A stretch of 64,000 bases of DNA from Candidatus Bathyarchaeota archaeon (lineage in GTDB: Archaea; Thermoproteota; Bathyarchaeia; Bathyarchaeales; Bathycorpusculaceae), in contig CAWABA010000010.1 in the NCBI GenBank assembly GCA_963780185.1, positions 1 to 64,000 of the forward strand, in the 5' to 3' direction. Under the pieces are notes generated by a model. It had not been told where the DNA came from. It was given only the letters and a program-made list of their open reading frames with translations, and did not search any database. The translations under genes and the position numbers were made by a program. The stretch's first letter is position 1; each line of letters starts with the position of its first letter. Shown one piece after another: positions 1 to 9,139 of the stretch.

Positions 1-1486
1 AATTTACAGCTTAATAGGCTTCACCATATTTGCTCTATTCATAGCCTATATTACGCGAGGCAAACTCTGGAATAAACTTGCGATTCTAGTTATGGGCATA
101 CCGCTTATTTTAGTGTTAAACATTATTCGAGTAACAACCATTCTCGCAATTGGCTATAACTTTGGAGAAGACCTGGCGCTCACTTTATTTCATGACGTCG
201 GTGCTACTGTACTCATGTTCATAGGGGTACTTGTTTTGCTTGGTGTAACTGACAGAGTTTTCAAAAAACCCAAACCAGCTGCTCCGTGCCCATCATGTTA
301 CCGCGTCAAAACGAAACCTGCTGGACCTTTTTGCAACACTTGTGGAAAACTTTTGCAATTTACAAAAATCAGGCTAAACAGAACAGACATAGTTAAAATC
401 ATAAGTATAGCCTTAGTTACAATCCTGATTTTGTCCATTCAAGCACCAGTTTTCGCGTTAACCCAAGGTCCACCCCAAGTTATGATTCTAACGCCCTCTG
501 GTACGCAAATAAACCCGGGAAGTTCGATGCTTCCAACCATCCAGGGATACACCGTAAAATATGCTTATCGAGATACGGCGTTCGAACAAGAATCAGGCGA
601 TAATGCAGCCTTAGTCTATTACTACAGCCCGATTAATGGTACAGGCTCAACCATTTGGGTATCCATGCAAATTGCAAGCAGTGTGACGTCTGAACACAGG
701 TGGGAAACATGCTTGATAAACTTCCCGGTCAGCGCAGGGGAAGCACCGACTGTAAACCAGCTGGACCTCAAAGATATTCAACTCCAAGATAACCCGCCTA
801 TCATGGCACGCTATTTCGCCTTCCAATACACAGGAACCAATCAATCCCAAGTTGTCCTTTACTGGTACGAAACAGCAAGCTTCGACACTAATAGCACTAC
901 ACAGTCAGAAAGCATCATGATTAGTCTCATAATGTATCCTTCCGCAGGCCACAGCGTGGCTTCTTACGAGACTCAGGAACTCCCATTTGCTCAAAGCATC
1001 AACAGCTACTGGGAGCCTATAAAAACCTGGAGCGTGATCTCTCTCGCATTATCCCAAAACGGTTTAGCCCTATCAGTTGCAGCTTCTGTAGTGTTCGGTA
1101 TATTAGTCGTGTACGAAGCTTTCCTGATAAGGAAAGAGAAAAAGTTGCTTCTTAATCTATATGGAAAATTGTCCACGCAAAACAAAAATATCGTTCAAGC
1201 CGTGGCGAATGCTAGAAAACAAGGGGCGTCAACAGTCGATGGCGTACTCGGCGAACTTCAAAAACTACTCGATTCAACAACAGATAAAGCGTTACTGAAC
1301 CAAAAGTTGACGGAAGCCGAGAATGCGGGGCTGGTTGAAAAAGCGATAGCCAACAAAAACGACGAACCTGTTATCAGCTGGAAGAGTCAAGTGCCGTCGC
1401 AAAACTCATTTTTAAGTCGTCTGGGTAGATTCGCAAGTTCAGTAATGCGCATCATCGTTCATCTCCGACGTCCCAAGCTAAAATAG
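1..1486 (+). CDS. Exosortase/archaeosortase family protein (5'-partial) fused to Zn ribbon, EpsI-like domain and C-terminal soluble domain
   Basis: Frame is open from nt 2 (IYSLIGFTIF...). Has N-x-x-R (LNIIRV) and FHD exosortase motifs; the catalytic Cys is expected just upstream of the window. Also CPSC...CNTC and EpsI-like EHRWETC and VLYWY motifs. Confidence 0.85.
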   Translation, partial: IYSLIGFTIFALFIAYITRGKLWNKLAILVMGIPLILVLNIIRVTTILAIGYNFGEDLALTLFHDVGATVLMFIGVLVLLGVTDRVFKKPKPAAPCPSCYRVKTKPAGPFCNTCGKLLQFTKIRLNRTDIVKIISIALVTILILSIQAPVFALTQGPPQVMILTPSGTQINPGSSMLPTIQGYTVKYAYRDTAFEQESGDNAALVYYYSPINGTGSTIWVSMQIASSVTSEHRWETCLINFPVSAGEAPTVNQLDLKDIQLQDNPPIMARYFAFQYTGTNQSQVVLYWYETASFDTNSTTQSESIMISLIMYPSAGHSVASYETQELPFAQSINSYWEPIKTWSVISLALSQNGLALSVAASVVFGILVVYEAFLIRKEKKLLLNLYGKLSTQNKNIVQAVANARKQGASTVDGVLGELQKLLDSTTDKALLNQKLTEAENAGLVEKAIANKNDEPVISWKSQVPSQNSFLSRLGRFASSVMRIIVHLRRPKLK

Positions 1487-1810
1487 ATTTTTTCGGGATA
1501 ACGTGCGTTCGTGGTTACGATTTTGCGAGCAGCTACTTCTTTGTCCGATGAGAATCATTAGCTGTCGTCGAAATATTGTTGTTAGCAAATGTTTTGTTCA
1601 GATCGAATTAAGTATGGGCCCGTTTTCTTGTTCGCTGAATCCTTTCTTTTTCTAAAATTGGCGAAAAGACGGTGGTTTTCAAGAACGATGGTTTTCGCAA
1701 AAATCGGTTTCAGATGGATTCAGCGTGGAGTGGACAACCGCTAATCTTAAATATTGGAAGCTCACGGAGACGTATCCTTAGATTCAAGGAAGAGAGGAAG
1801 GGAGTATAGT

Positions 1811-2869
1811 ATGAAAAAACGTGTAGTATTAGCTATGCTGCTTGTTACACTTTTTCTCGGCATGATTGGCTCAAGCATTTACGCTCAAGCACTTCAGGTT
1901 CAGATAGGTGTTCCAAGTAGCTCAAACGATTTAGGAATCAACTCCAGTAGCGGATTAACCAGCGCATACTGGGTTGGGCAGTTCCCAGTAACCATAAACT
2001 ACGGAACCTCACAGGCAACAACTGGCGAAGTCTATTGCATGAACGCAAACGGACAAGTATACGTAGGTGGTACCTACAACGCAGCCATGACGCCTGTTCC
2101 CAACACGTCTACTTGGCAACAAATCGGCTATATCCTAAGTTGGAACGCACCAACAACCAACGTTCAAGCAGCAGTCGACCAAGTGGCAATCTGGATGCTC
2201 CTAAATCAACAGCCATCGTCCTACGACTTCACCCTGGACTCATCAATAACGACCGCGGCCCAAAACATAGTTAACACGGTAACAGCCAACGGCGGCGTAA
2301 ACGTTGCTCTCGCAGGTGACCATCTGCAATGGATCAGCCCATTCGTCGGAGTAGAAGGCAGCGCCAACACCACATCCGCAAACCCAGGTGTACCCGTGAC
2401 TTTCACACTGAAACTCACCGATTCACAAGGCAACCCTGTGCCCAACGCACAAATCGATTTTGCAGCAACTATCACATCTCCAGGTGTAACCACAGCTACG
2501 CCGTTATCAGCACCATACATAAGCAGCTCCTCAGCATTCACGGATAGCAGCGGAATAGCGCAAGTTACTGTAACCGCACCGGCTGGAACAACAGCAGACT
2601 CGAAAATTGCCGTTACAGCTTCGACGCAGAGTACTTGGCCAGTAGAATACTTGGATCTTACCGACCAGACCGGTCAGGGAAACACGCAAGACCTAATCGG
2701 AATCGGCCAAACACTGCTCATGACAACATCATTCAACGTCAACATATCCGGAAGCATATTCGTTATGCCTGAATCAGCATACGGAGCACTCAGCGCAGTA
2801 GTAGCATTCGCAGCAGCCTTCCTAATGTACTACAAACTTAAACCGCAAGCAAAGCAACCAAAACTCTAA
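1811..2869 (+). CDS. Secreted surface protein with putative thioester (TED/TQXA-like) and Ig-like domains, PES-CTERM sorting signal
   Basis: Signal peptide MKKRVVLAMLL; single Cys in EVYCMN; DQVAIW; Ig-like TDSQGNPVPNAQIDF; TQDLIG; VMPES + TM + basic tail. Confidence 0.75.
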   Translation: MKKRVVLAMLLVTLFLGMIGSSIYAQALQVQIGVPSSSNDLGINSSSGLTSAYWVGQFPVTINYGTSQATTGEVYCMNANGQVYVGGTYNAAMTPVPNTSTWQQIGYILSWNAPTTNVQAAVDQVAIWMLLNQQPSSYDFTLDSSITTAAQNIVNTVTANGGVNVALAGDHLQWISPFVGVEGSANTTSANPGVPVTFTLKLTDSQGNPVPNAQIDFAATITSPGVTTATPLSAPYISSSSAFTDSSGIAQVTVTAPAGTTADSKIAVTASTQSTWPVEYLDLTDQTGQGNTQDLIGIGQTLLMTTSFNVNISGSIFVMPESAYGALSAVVAFAAAFLMYYKLKPQAKQPKL

Positions 2870-2879
2870 ATGGTCCAAG

Positions 2880-2916
2880 TGCGCCGTGCTGTCGGCGCAT
2901 TTTTTTAACTTTTTTT
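2880..2916 (+). terminator. Hairpin plus T-tract terminator
   Basis: TGCGCCG-tgctgt-CGGCGCA followed by two T7 runs just after the stop at 2869. Confidence 0.6.
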
Positions 2917-3100
2917 AAAAAGCTAAATCTAGTCGGTGAAAATCGCCGAGCTATCTTATAGATTCTCTTTTTGCCATGTTTTATTTTGCTATAGACGTAA
3001 GTCTATCGCAGTCTCGTTTTCTGGTAAGGAAGCGCTTGGACGTAAGAAGGGCTTTATTGATTGACCACCTTTCCTTGGCATTCGGGGAGAGAGAATTCGA

Positions 3101-3409
3101 ATGCTGTTCACAGGAACTGGGAAGGGTGAACTCTATTCAACACACACGGTTAATCGAAAGGTCTTATTCACAGTTTTGCTGTTGCTTTTAATTGCGATTT
3201 CTATTGTATTTGTAGCTTACTTGACTGTGCCAAGTCACCACCCATCGACCCCTCCATCGGTTGCTGCCTCGCCTACCGCCTCACCACCTGGTACACAAAT
3301 GTTCGTAGCGCCGGAATATGGTTGGGACGCATTGCTTGCTCTTCTAGCAAGTTTCGCGTCACTAGCAGTGTTCAAAACGCAGAATAGAAGAAAAAAAGTT
3401 GCTGATTAA
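3101..3409 (+). CDS. Small PEY-CTERM membrane protein
   Basis: N-terminal TM, Pro/Ser/Thr linker, VAPEYGW + TM + RRKK. Confidence 0.7.
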   Translation: MLFTGTGKGELYSTHTVNRKVLFTVLLLLLIAISIVFVAYLTVPSHHPSTPPSVAASPTASPPGTQMFVAPEYGWDALLALLASFASLAVFKTQNRRKKVAD

Positions 3410-3444
3410 CAAATAAGCAAAAGATTGACTGGTTAGAGCGAATT

Positions 3445-3912
3445 TTAGCCGGTTCCTGATATAGTTATGATGTTGGTGAAGGTTGTGAAGCCTGTTACCT
3501 TGGCGGACACGGTCAGCGTGATTGTTGCACCTACTGATTTCCCTGCTGCGAGTTGGGTTCCCTGGCAATTCCAACTTACGGTTACGTAGGTGCCTGCTGT
3601 TGCGGGGATCCAGCTACTTGAAGCCAAGCTCAGAGTCATTGTTCCTGTGCCCACGTTCTTGACGTAGACCGTTTTAGTTGTGGATCCTCCGGCCTTCAGT
3701 GTCCCCCAGTTTATTGCTGCCAAGTTAATCGTGCAGGCGCTGTTGGAGAAGACCCCGACGTTTGGAGTATTAGTCTTGATATTTCCAGATGAAGGAAGGC
3801 TTTTCGCGGCATTTACAGCTGAGAACGCTGTAATGGATGTCCCGATGATTAGGGTGATTGCCACCGTTAATAAGGCTGCAAATGCCAGTTTTGTTGCTTT
3901 ACTGGTTCCCAT
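3445..3912 (-). CDS. Secreted TasA/CalY-like filament subunit (paralogue 1)
   Basis: Signal peptide, SSGNIKT strand, INWGTLKAGGSTTKTVYVKNVG, no C-terminal anchor; paralogous to 4406-4870 and 7282-7731. Confidence 0.6.
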   Translation of the reverse strand: MGTSKATKLAFAALLTVAITLIIGTSITAFSAVNAAKSLPSSGNIKTNTPNVGVFSNSACTINLAAINWGTLKAGGSTTKTVYVKNVGTGTMTLSLASSSWIPATAGTYVTVSWNCQGTQLAAGKSVGATITLTVSAKVTGFTTFTNIITISGTG

Positions 3913-4012
3913 CTGATTCTTCCTCCATTTGTGCTTTTTTCCAACAAAAATCACGGAAAAAAATCATTTGATTGCTCTCAGAATGTTCTGTTCACGCTAA
4001 GGGCAGGCCTTC

Positions 4013-4129
4013 GAAATCCCTTCCTGACGGGAGCGGAAAAAGAAAAAGTTTCTTCTCAGACACTTCTCTAAAAAACGAACTTTGCCCTAACGAGAAGATA
4101 CTGTTCAATCTATTTAAGAGACTATGGAT
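4013..4129 (-). promoter_or_regulatory. Conserved upstream module (TATA plus leader motif), copy 1
   Basis: Blocks AAATCCCTTCCTGACGGRAGCGGAAAA and TGCCCTAACGAG...TATTTAA...CTATGGAT recur at 4942-5065. Confidence 0.6.
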
Positions 4130-4405
4130 AACTTATCCTTGATTTTCCCTGTTTCATTCATTTCTTAAAAAATACTTGCCGACACATTGGATTGCACAAA
4201 AACGATGCCAATCGGATTCTTGGGGGGCGTTGTCTTGCTATATTTGTAGTCTATTATTGCTTGCGTTGTTCAAGACCAAAAAGAAAAAACTTGGGAGGTA
4301 ACGGGCAAACCAAGGCTTGTTGCAATTACCTTTTTTGGGTCAGGCGACAAACTTGTTTTCACTTTAAGATGTGTTCCCTGGAATTAACTTTGAAGAACTT
4401 AAGTT

Positions 4406-4870
4406 TTAGCCTGTGCCTGATATGGCGATTGAGTTGCTAAAGGTTGTGAAACCCGTTACTTGGGAAGAAATCGTCAGTGTGATTATTGCCGCCACTGACT
4501 GTCCGGCTGCGAGTTGGGTTCCCTGTTGGTTCCAACTTATGGTGAGATAGGTGCTTGCTGAGGTTGGGCTCCAATTGCTTACGGTCAAGCTTAGGGTCAT
4601 TGTGCCTGTGCCTACGTTCTTGACGTAGACAGTTTGAGTTATGGTTCCTCCTGCTTCTACGGATCCCCAGTTTATTGCGGTCATGTTTATGGTGCATGCG
4701 CTGTCTGAGAAGACGCCTAGGTTGGGTGAGGTTGTGATCGTTCCAGAAGAGGCAACGCTCTTGCTGCTGGTTACAGCCGACAATGTCGGCACAAGTGTGG
4801 TAACGGTTAGGGCGAGCGCGACTGCAATTAAGGCGACAATTGCCAGTTTTGCCGCCCTACTGATTTGCAT
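4406..4870 (-). CDS. Secreted TasA/CalY-like filament subunit (paralogue 2)
   Basis: Signal peptide, SSGTITT, INWGSVEAGG...VYVKNVG, ends ISGTG. Confidence 0.6.
   Translation of the reverse strand: MQISRAAKLAIVALIAVALALTVTTLVPTLSAVTSSKSVASSGTITTSPNLGVFSDSACTINMTAINWGSVEAGGTITQTVYVKNVGTGTMTLSLTVSNWSPTSASTYLTISWNQQGTQLAAGQSVAAIITLTISSQVTGFTTFSNSIAISGTG
4643..4752. repeat. 110-bp perfect inverted repeat, left arm (pairs with 7385-7494)
   Basis: Reverse complement is identical to 7385-7494 by base-by-base comparison; flanking bases mismatch. Confidence 0.95.
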
Positions 4871-4941
4871 GAAACTTTCACCTCCTTCAGCTTTTATCGG
4901 GCATAATAAACGAGATAATCAAAAGAAACATACAGAGCTCC

Positions 4942-5065
4942 AAAATCCCTTCCTGACGGAAGCGGAAAAGAAAAAAAAGACTCTATTTAGCTGATTTATC
5001 AAAAGACGATGTAATCTATGCCCTAACGAGTAGGTACTCTTGACTCTATTTAAACGGCTATGGAT
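4942..5065 (-). promoter_or_regulatory. Conserved upstream module (TATA plus leader motif), copy 2
   Basis: Same two blocks as 4013-4129; TTTAAATA on the minus strand at about 5047-5054. Confidence 0.6.
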
Positions 5066-5305
5066 GAGTTCTATGGATGAATTATCTCTATCTGATGTTT
5101 TTTGCATTATCCTTTTTTGAGATACTGATTGTTATCCAATCGTTTTAGCCGCTAGCCAATTGTTTGTTCGTGCGTATTATTAGTTTTTCAAATTAAGCCT
5201 TTCCCTGCCTACGAATGAACTCGACTTTGTAGTAGAAAAAAGTTCAACTTTTTCTATAAAGATTTAAATCAATAGAAAGTGATAACTAGGTTGCTAGAAC
5301 GGTGA

Positions 5306-6286
5306 ATGGAGAATCAAGAGTTCATGTTTGCGCAAACGGTCAACCGTAGGTTTAATTTTTCATCAAAATTGCGCATAAGAATAATCATAAGTCTTGCAAT
5401 CCTGGTTCTAGCATTAGCCATAGTTTTTACTGATTCTTTCCTGTCACGCCCTATTAGCAATGAATCCACGCTGCCGATCAGTCACACGACATCCTTGTTT
5501 CCGTCTAACCGCTCGGTGCATGTAAACGATAATGGCACGACAGGCATCATAGTTGACATTAGCGGTGACACGCTGTCGAACAGCTCGTACTTTACGGTTA
5601 CCACCACGAACAGTGGCCTTCAATCTCCCCAGAATGCGAGTCCGTTGACAGTTGGTAACCTGATTGTTGTAGGCTACTTTGACGTAAAAGTAACAACAAA
5701 CATGACTTTAACCCCGCAAATACAAGTAAAAATCACCATAACAAACTCCAACTTCAACCAAAACAGCGCAATATACTATTGGTACTCAACGGCACGAAAC
5801 TGGATTTCCGCAGCTACAGGCTTTCAATCGCCCCACACCATAATCGGTACCATCGAAGCAATTTACTTAACAGGAACCCCGATAGGCATCGGCAACGGCA
5901 ACACATCTACGCCTACTCCCACGGCATCGTCTTCCCCAGAAACCACACCCACCCCTTCCCCATCTCCCACACCGGGTCAACCCGCCTCTGACATAGTTAC
6001 ACCCTCGCCTTTCCCCACCCCAACTGCCACGCCTTCTCCCACACCTACACCGTCTCCTTCCCCAACCGTCTCCCCATCGCCTTCTCCAACAATGACGCCG
6101 ACCCCAACGCCAACTAATTCACCCTCTGATTCATCTTTGCCTTCTCAAACGCCTTCAGCCTCGCCTATCGCTCCTCCACTCGTTACACCCGAATATGGCT
6201 GGGGCGGATTGCTGGCGTTACTTGCATGTTTCGGCGCCCTCGCACTGTTCAAAACAAGAAATGATGCCAAAACAAAAGAACCTTGA
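5306..6286 (+). CDS. Surface protein with long Pro/Thr/Ser linker and PEY-CTERM sorting signal
   Basis: N-terminal TM, beta-rich domain (YFDVKV, IYYWY), (TP/SP)n linker, VTPEYGWGG + TM + basic tail. Confidence 0.8.
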   Translation: MENQEFMFAQTVNRRFNFSSKLRIRIIISLAILVLALAIVFTDSFLSRPISNESTLPISHTTSLFPSNRSVHVNDNGTTGIIVDISGDTLSNSSYFTVTTTNSGLQSPQNASPLTVGNLIVVGYFDVKVTTNMTLTPQIQVKITITNSNFNQNSAIYYWYSTARNWISAATGFQSPHTIIGTIEAIYLTGTPIGIGNGNTSTPTPTASSSPETTPTPSPSPTPGQPASDIVTPSPFPTPTATPSPTPTPSPSPTVSPSPSPTMTPTPTPTNSPSDSSLPSQTPSASPIAPPLVTPEYGWGGLLALLACFGALALFKTRNDAKTKEP

Positions 6287-6515
6287 ATTAGTGACGCCCG
6301 AAAAGCCGTGAATTGCTACAGTAACACGTTCTTTTTTGTTTCCTCACCTGCAGGCAGCGCTCCGCAAGTTGTGAATCGTTGAATGCCGAAGTGGAGTAGA
6401 CATTGAGGACCAGAATGATCCATTTGTCATTTTAATAGAAAAACAAAATCCAGTTTTAGAGGGCAAAAATTTTCGTTTTCAATAAAATTAAACAACACTG
6501 CTTTTTAGCGCGTTA

Positions 6516-6971
6516 TTAAGTTGCGTGAAGCCAACCGCGTCCGCCTTTTTTAGGTTGGTGGATTTGTTTTTTGTCGGCACAGGGTGCACTATGCTCTTTT
6601 TTCTTGGGGTTGCTGCTGGAGATTTTTGTTTTTACGAACTTGTTCCAACCTCCGGTTTGTGCGTCTGGCTGTATGAAGCGGTCAGGATTCGCAACAAGGT
6701 GTTTTTCAAGGATTTCCTTGAAAGTTACTGTCTTAAAGTCTCGGTTTGCGTGGATGATTGTGCCTTGCTCTACGCTCAGGTCGGTGTAATCTTTAAGCGA
6801 GACATCTTCTGCTCGTATCTTGTCGTTGAAGCGTTCACTCCATAAGAGTTTCCATTGGATTTTGAGCGACTCAACAAGCTCCTTTTGTGCTTTGATCTTA
6901 GCCTCGTAACCTTCCGCGCAAGCTTCGGGTAATGGGTTATTGTTTACCTGCAACTTAACTCCCTTTTCCAT
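6516..6971 (-). CDS. Hypothetical soluble protein
   Basis: 151-aa ORF with ATG start and charged composition; no motif recognised. Confidence 0.65.
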   Translation of the reverse strand: MEKGVKLQVNNNPLPEACAEGYEAKIKAQKELVESLKIQWKLLWSERFNDKIRAEDVSLKDYTDLSVEQGTIIHANRDFKTVTFKEILEKHLVANPDRFIQPDAQTGGWNKFVKTKISSSNPKKKEHSAPCADKKQIHQPKKGGRGWLHAT

Positions 6972-7281
6972 GTCGCCATTCCACCCGAATTATATAACTC
7001 TTATTCTAGAAAAAGACATATACTTTTCTATAGTCAGACTTTTCGGTTTCAAACTGAATCATCATCAATCATGTCAGTGACTTGAGAATGTAGGTGATTT
7101 GTGTGTCTTGACTTTGTGGTTTTCCTTAAATTGAGGCGGGAGGCAATCTTTTGTTGTTTTTGAAACTTTTTTTGTTGTTGTTGCATTTCTGATGTACAGT
7201 TGGGGGTGTGTATTATTATTAAGTAATATTTATTAAGTCTTAATACACCGCTTTTAAATAAGTAGGAAGGTCAAAACTAAA

Positions 7282-7731
7282 ATGCAACTCTCCAAACCAT
7301 TGATAATGATAATCGCCTTAGTGGTTGTGGCAACAACACTAACAGCCTACACATTAGCAACCCTAAACGTAAACAAAAACCTATCCTCTTCTGGAACGAT
7401 CACAACCTCACCCAACCTAGGCGTCTTCTCAGACAGCGCATGCACCATAAACATGACCGCAATAAACTGGGGATCCGTAGAAGCAGGAGGAACCGCCAAC
7501 CAAGTTTTCTATGTTCAAAACACGGGAACCGGAACCTTGACTCTAAGCTTAACCACAAGCAACTGGAGTCCATTGGGAGCGGGCACCTATCTCACCATGA
7601 GCTGGAACCAACAAGGAACCCAACTTCCAGCCGGGCAATCGGTCGCCGCAACAATCACACTGACTGTGTCCTCTTCCATAACGGGAATTTCGAGTTTCAG
7701 CAACTCAATCGCCATAACGGGATCCGGCTAA
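7282..7731 (+). CDS. Secreted TasA/CalY-like filament subunit (paralogue 3)
   Basis: Signal peptide, SSSGTITT, INWGSVEAGG, FYVQNTG, ends ITGSG. Confidence 0.6.
   Translation: MQLSKPLIMIIALVVVATTLTAYTLATLNVNKNLSSSGTITTSPNLGVFSDSACTINMTAINWGSVEAGGTANQVFYVQNTGTGTLTLSLTTSNWSPLGAGTYLTMSWNQQGTQLPAGQSVAATITLTVSSSITGISSFSNSIAITGSG
7385..7494. repeat. 110-bp perfect inverted repeat, right arm (pairs with 4643-4752)
   Basis: Exact reverse complement of 4643-4752. Confidence 0.95.
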
Positions 7732-7939
7732 GTCAATCGGCAGTCTTTTTCTAAAAAGGTTTATGAATTGTTGATGTGCCCTGAGGCAAGAAAGGTATTT
7801 TTCACTTCTTGGTTCAGACATTCAAATCCAACATTTTAAGATATCTTCCAAAACGATTACGGTTAAACATTTTTTTGTTCGGTTCTAAGAGTACCTGAAG
7901 TTTTTCCCGACATCGCCGAGATGATCATCGGGATTCTTT

Positions 7940-8215
7940 TTAGGGTTTCAAAAATTTTTTCGAAGACGCCTTTTTGTTTGACGATTCGATAAATCTTCCG
8001 ATTTCGATTCCGCCGTATACACCGAGCAGCACGTCCCCTCCTATGAACAAGAATAGCGTTGGTACATCCTTGGACTCCAAAATTGTGTATCCGTTACTGG
8101 TCAACCCTGAAGTGTAGCTGTAAGTGTACAGAACCAAAGCAAATGCGAAGATTACACATATAAGCCCAAGGAGAAAACTTGGCAACCTCGGTTTTCCAGC
8201 AGCCGCTACAACCAT
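7940..8215 (-). CDS. Small two-TM membrane protein
   Basis: Two hydrophobic segments, basic tail, GAGGAGG-type SD upstream. Confidence 0.65.
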   Translation of the reverse strand: MVVAAAGKPRLPSFLLGLICVIFAFALVLYTYSYTSGLTSNGYTILESKDVPTLFLFIGGDVLLGVYGGIEIGRFIESSNKKASSKKFLKP

Positions 8216-8349
8216 CCCTCTGTCCTCCTCCTCTTACTTTGTTATGCTTACCATTTAAGTTCTTTCATTTAAAAAGCAACAAATCTGGCGTCAGCCGCTG
8301 AAAAGCTTTCTTGAATCGGAAAGGAAGAACTTTTGACTATAGATCAGGT

Positions 8350-8970
8350 TCATTGGATTTCTAAGATGAAGTCTATTGTTGAGCCAACTGCCGCGTTCGG
8401 GTTTGCGTAGCCAACAATTTCAATGTAGTTTGTCGTGTTTGCTGCCATGGTGTAGGCGTTGATTAGGCTGATTGTTCCGCCAGATGTGTCGGTTAAGGTG
8501 GCGGAGCCTATGGGCAAGCCGTTTTGGGGGTTGTCTGTCTGCGTGGCATAGTAGTAGACAGTTAGGCTTCCCAGGTTTGACGCGCCTGTTATACCAGATA
8601 TTGTTATGCTATTGATACTGTAGTTGGTTTTCCCGGTGTTAGTTATCTGTAGTAAGTTGGTGTAGTAGGTTGCAGGTTGAGGTGTGCATGCTGTTGAGGG
8701 GAAAAGGCTGAATGTTATTGTTGCGGAATCCTCTGTTGGGGTGATGGCCACCGTTGCGGCGGGGTAAGTTGTTGGGTCGGTGGTGCTGTCTGGGCCTGCA
8801 ACGAGGCATATGTCGCGCGTTTTTAAAGCGGCGTTGTTTTGTGTTGAGTGTATGATGAATGAGGCGCTGGCTGTGCCGATGAGCATTGCTGAGGCAATTA
8901 AAAGGAGAGGTAGACATTTAATTAAGGTGTTTTTGGCGGCTGTTTTTGGTCGATGTATGAGTTTTTTCAT
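8350..8970 (-). CDS. Secreted beta-rich protein (family 2, paralogue of 10856-11461)
   Basis: Signal peptide; LKTRDICLVAGPDS, PQPATYYTNLLQITN, TNYIEIVGYA. Confidence 0.8.
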   Translation of the reverse strand: MKKLIHRPKTAAKNTLIKCLPLLLIASAMLIGTASASFIIHSTQNNAALKTRDICLVAGPDSTTDPTTYPAATVAITPTEDSATITFSLFPSTACTPQPATYYTNLLQITNTGKTNYSINSITISGITGASNLGSLTVYYYATQTDNPQNGLPIGSATLTDTSGGTISLINAYTMAANTTNYIEIVGYANPNAAVGSTIDFILEIQ

Positions 8971-9139
8971 TATCTACTCGGCTGCTTGTCATTTGAGCTA
9001 TCTTCAGTGTTCGTTGAAGAATTTATTAATTATGAAGTCTCAATATTTAATCAAAAATTGGAGCATTAATCAAAACTAATTAAGGAAAAGTGAATATTTT
9101 CTTTTTTCTAACGCGACGCCAAAAAAGCCTCTCGGATGT

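Noticed and set aside
5900-6180. C-rich low-complexity tract as a DNA repeat element
   Set aside because: It encodes the Pro/Thr/Ser linker of a surface protein
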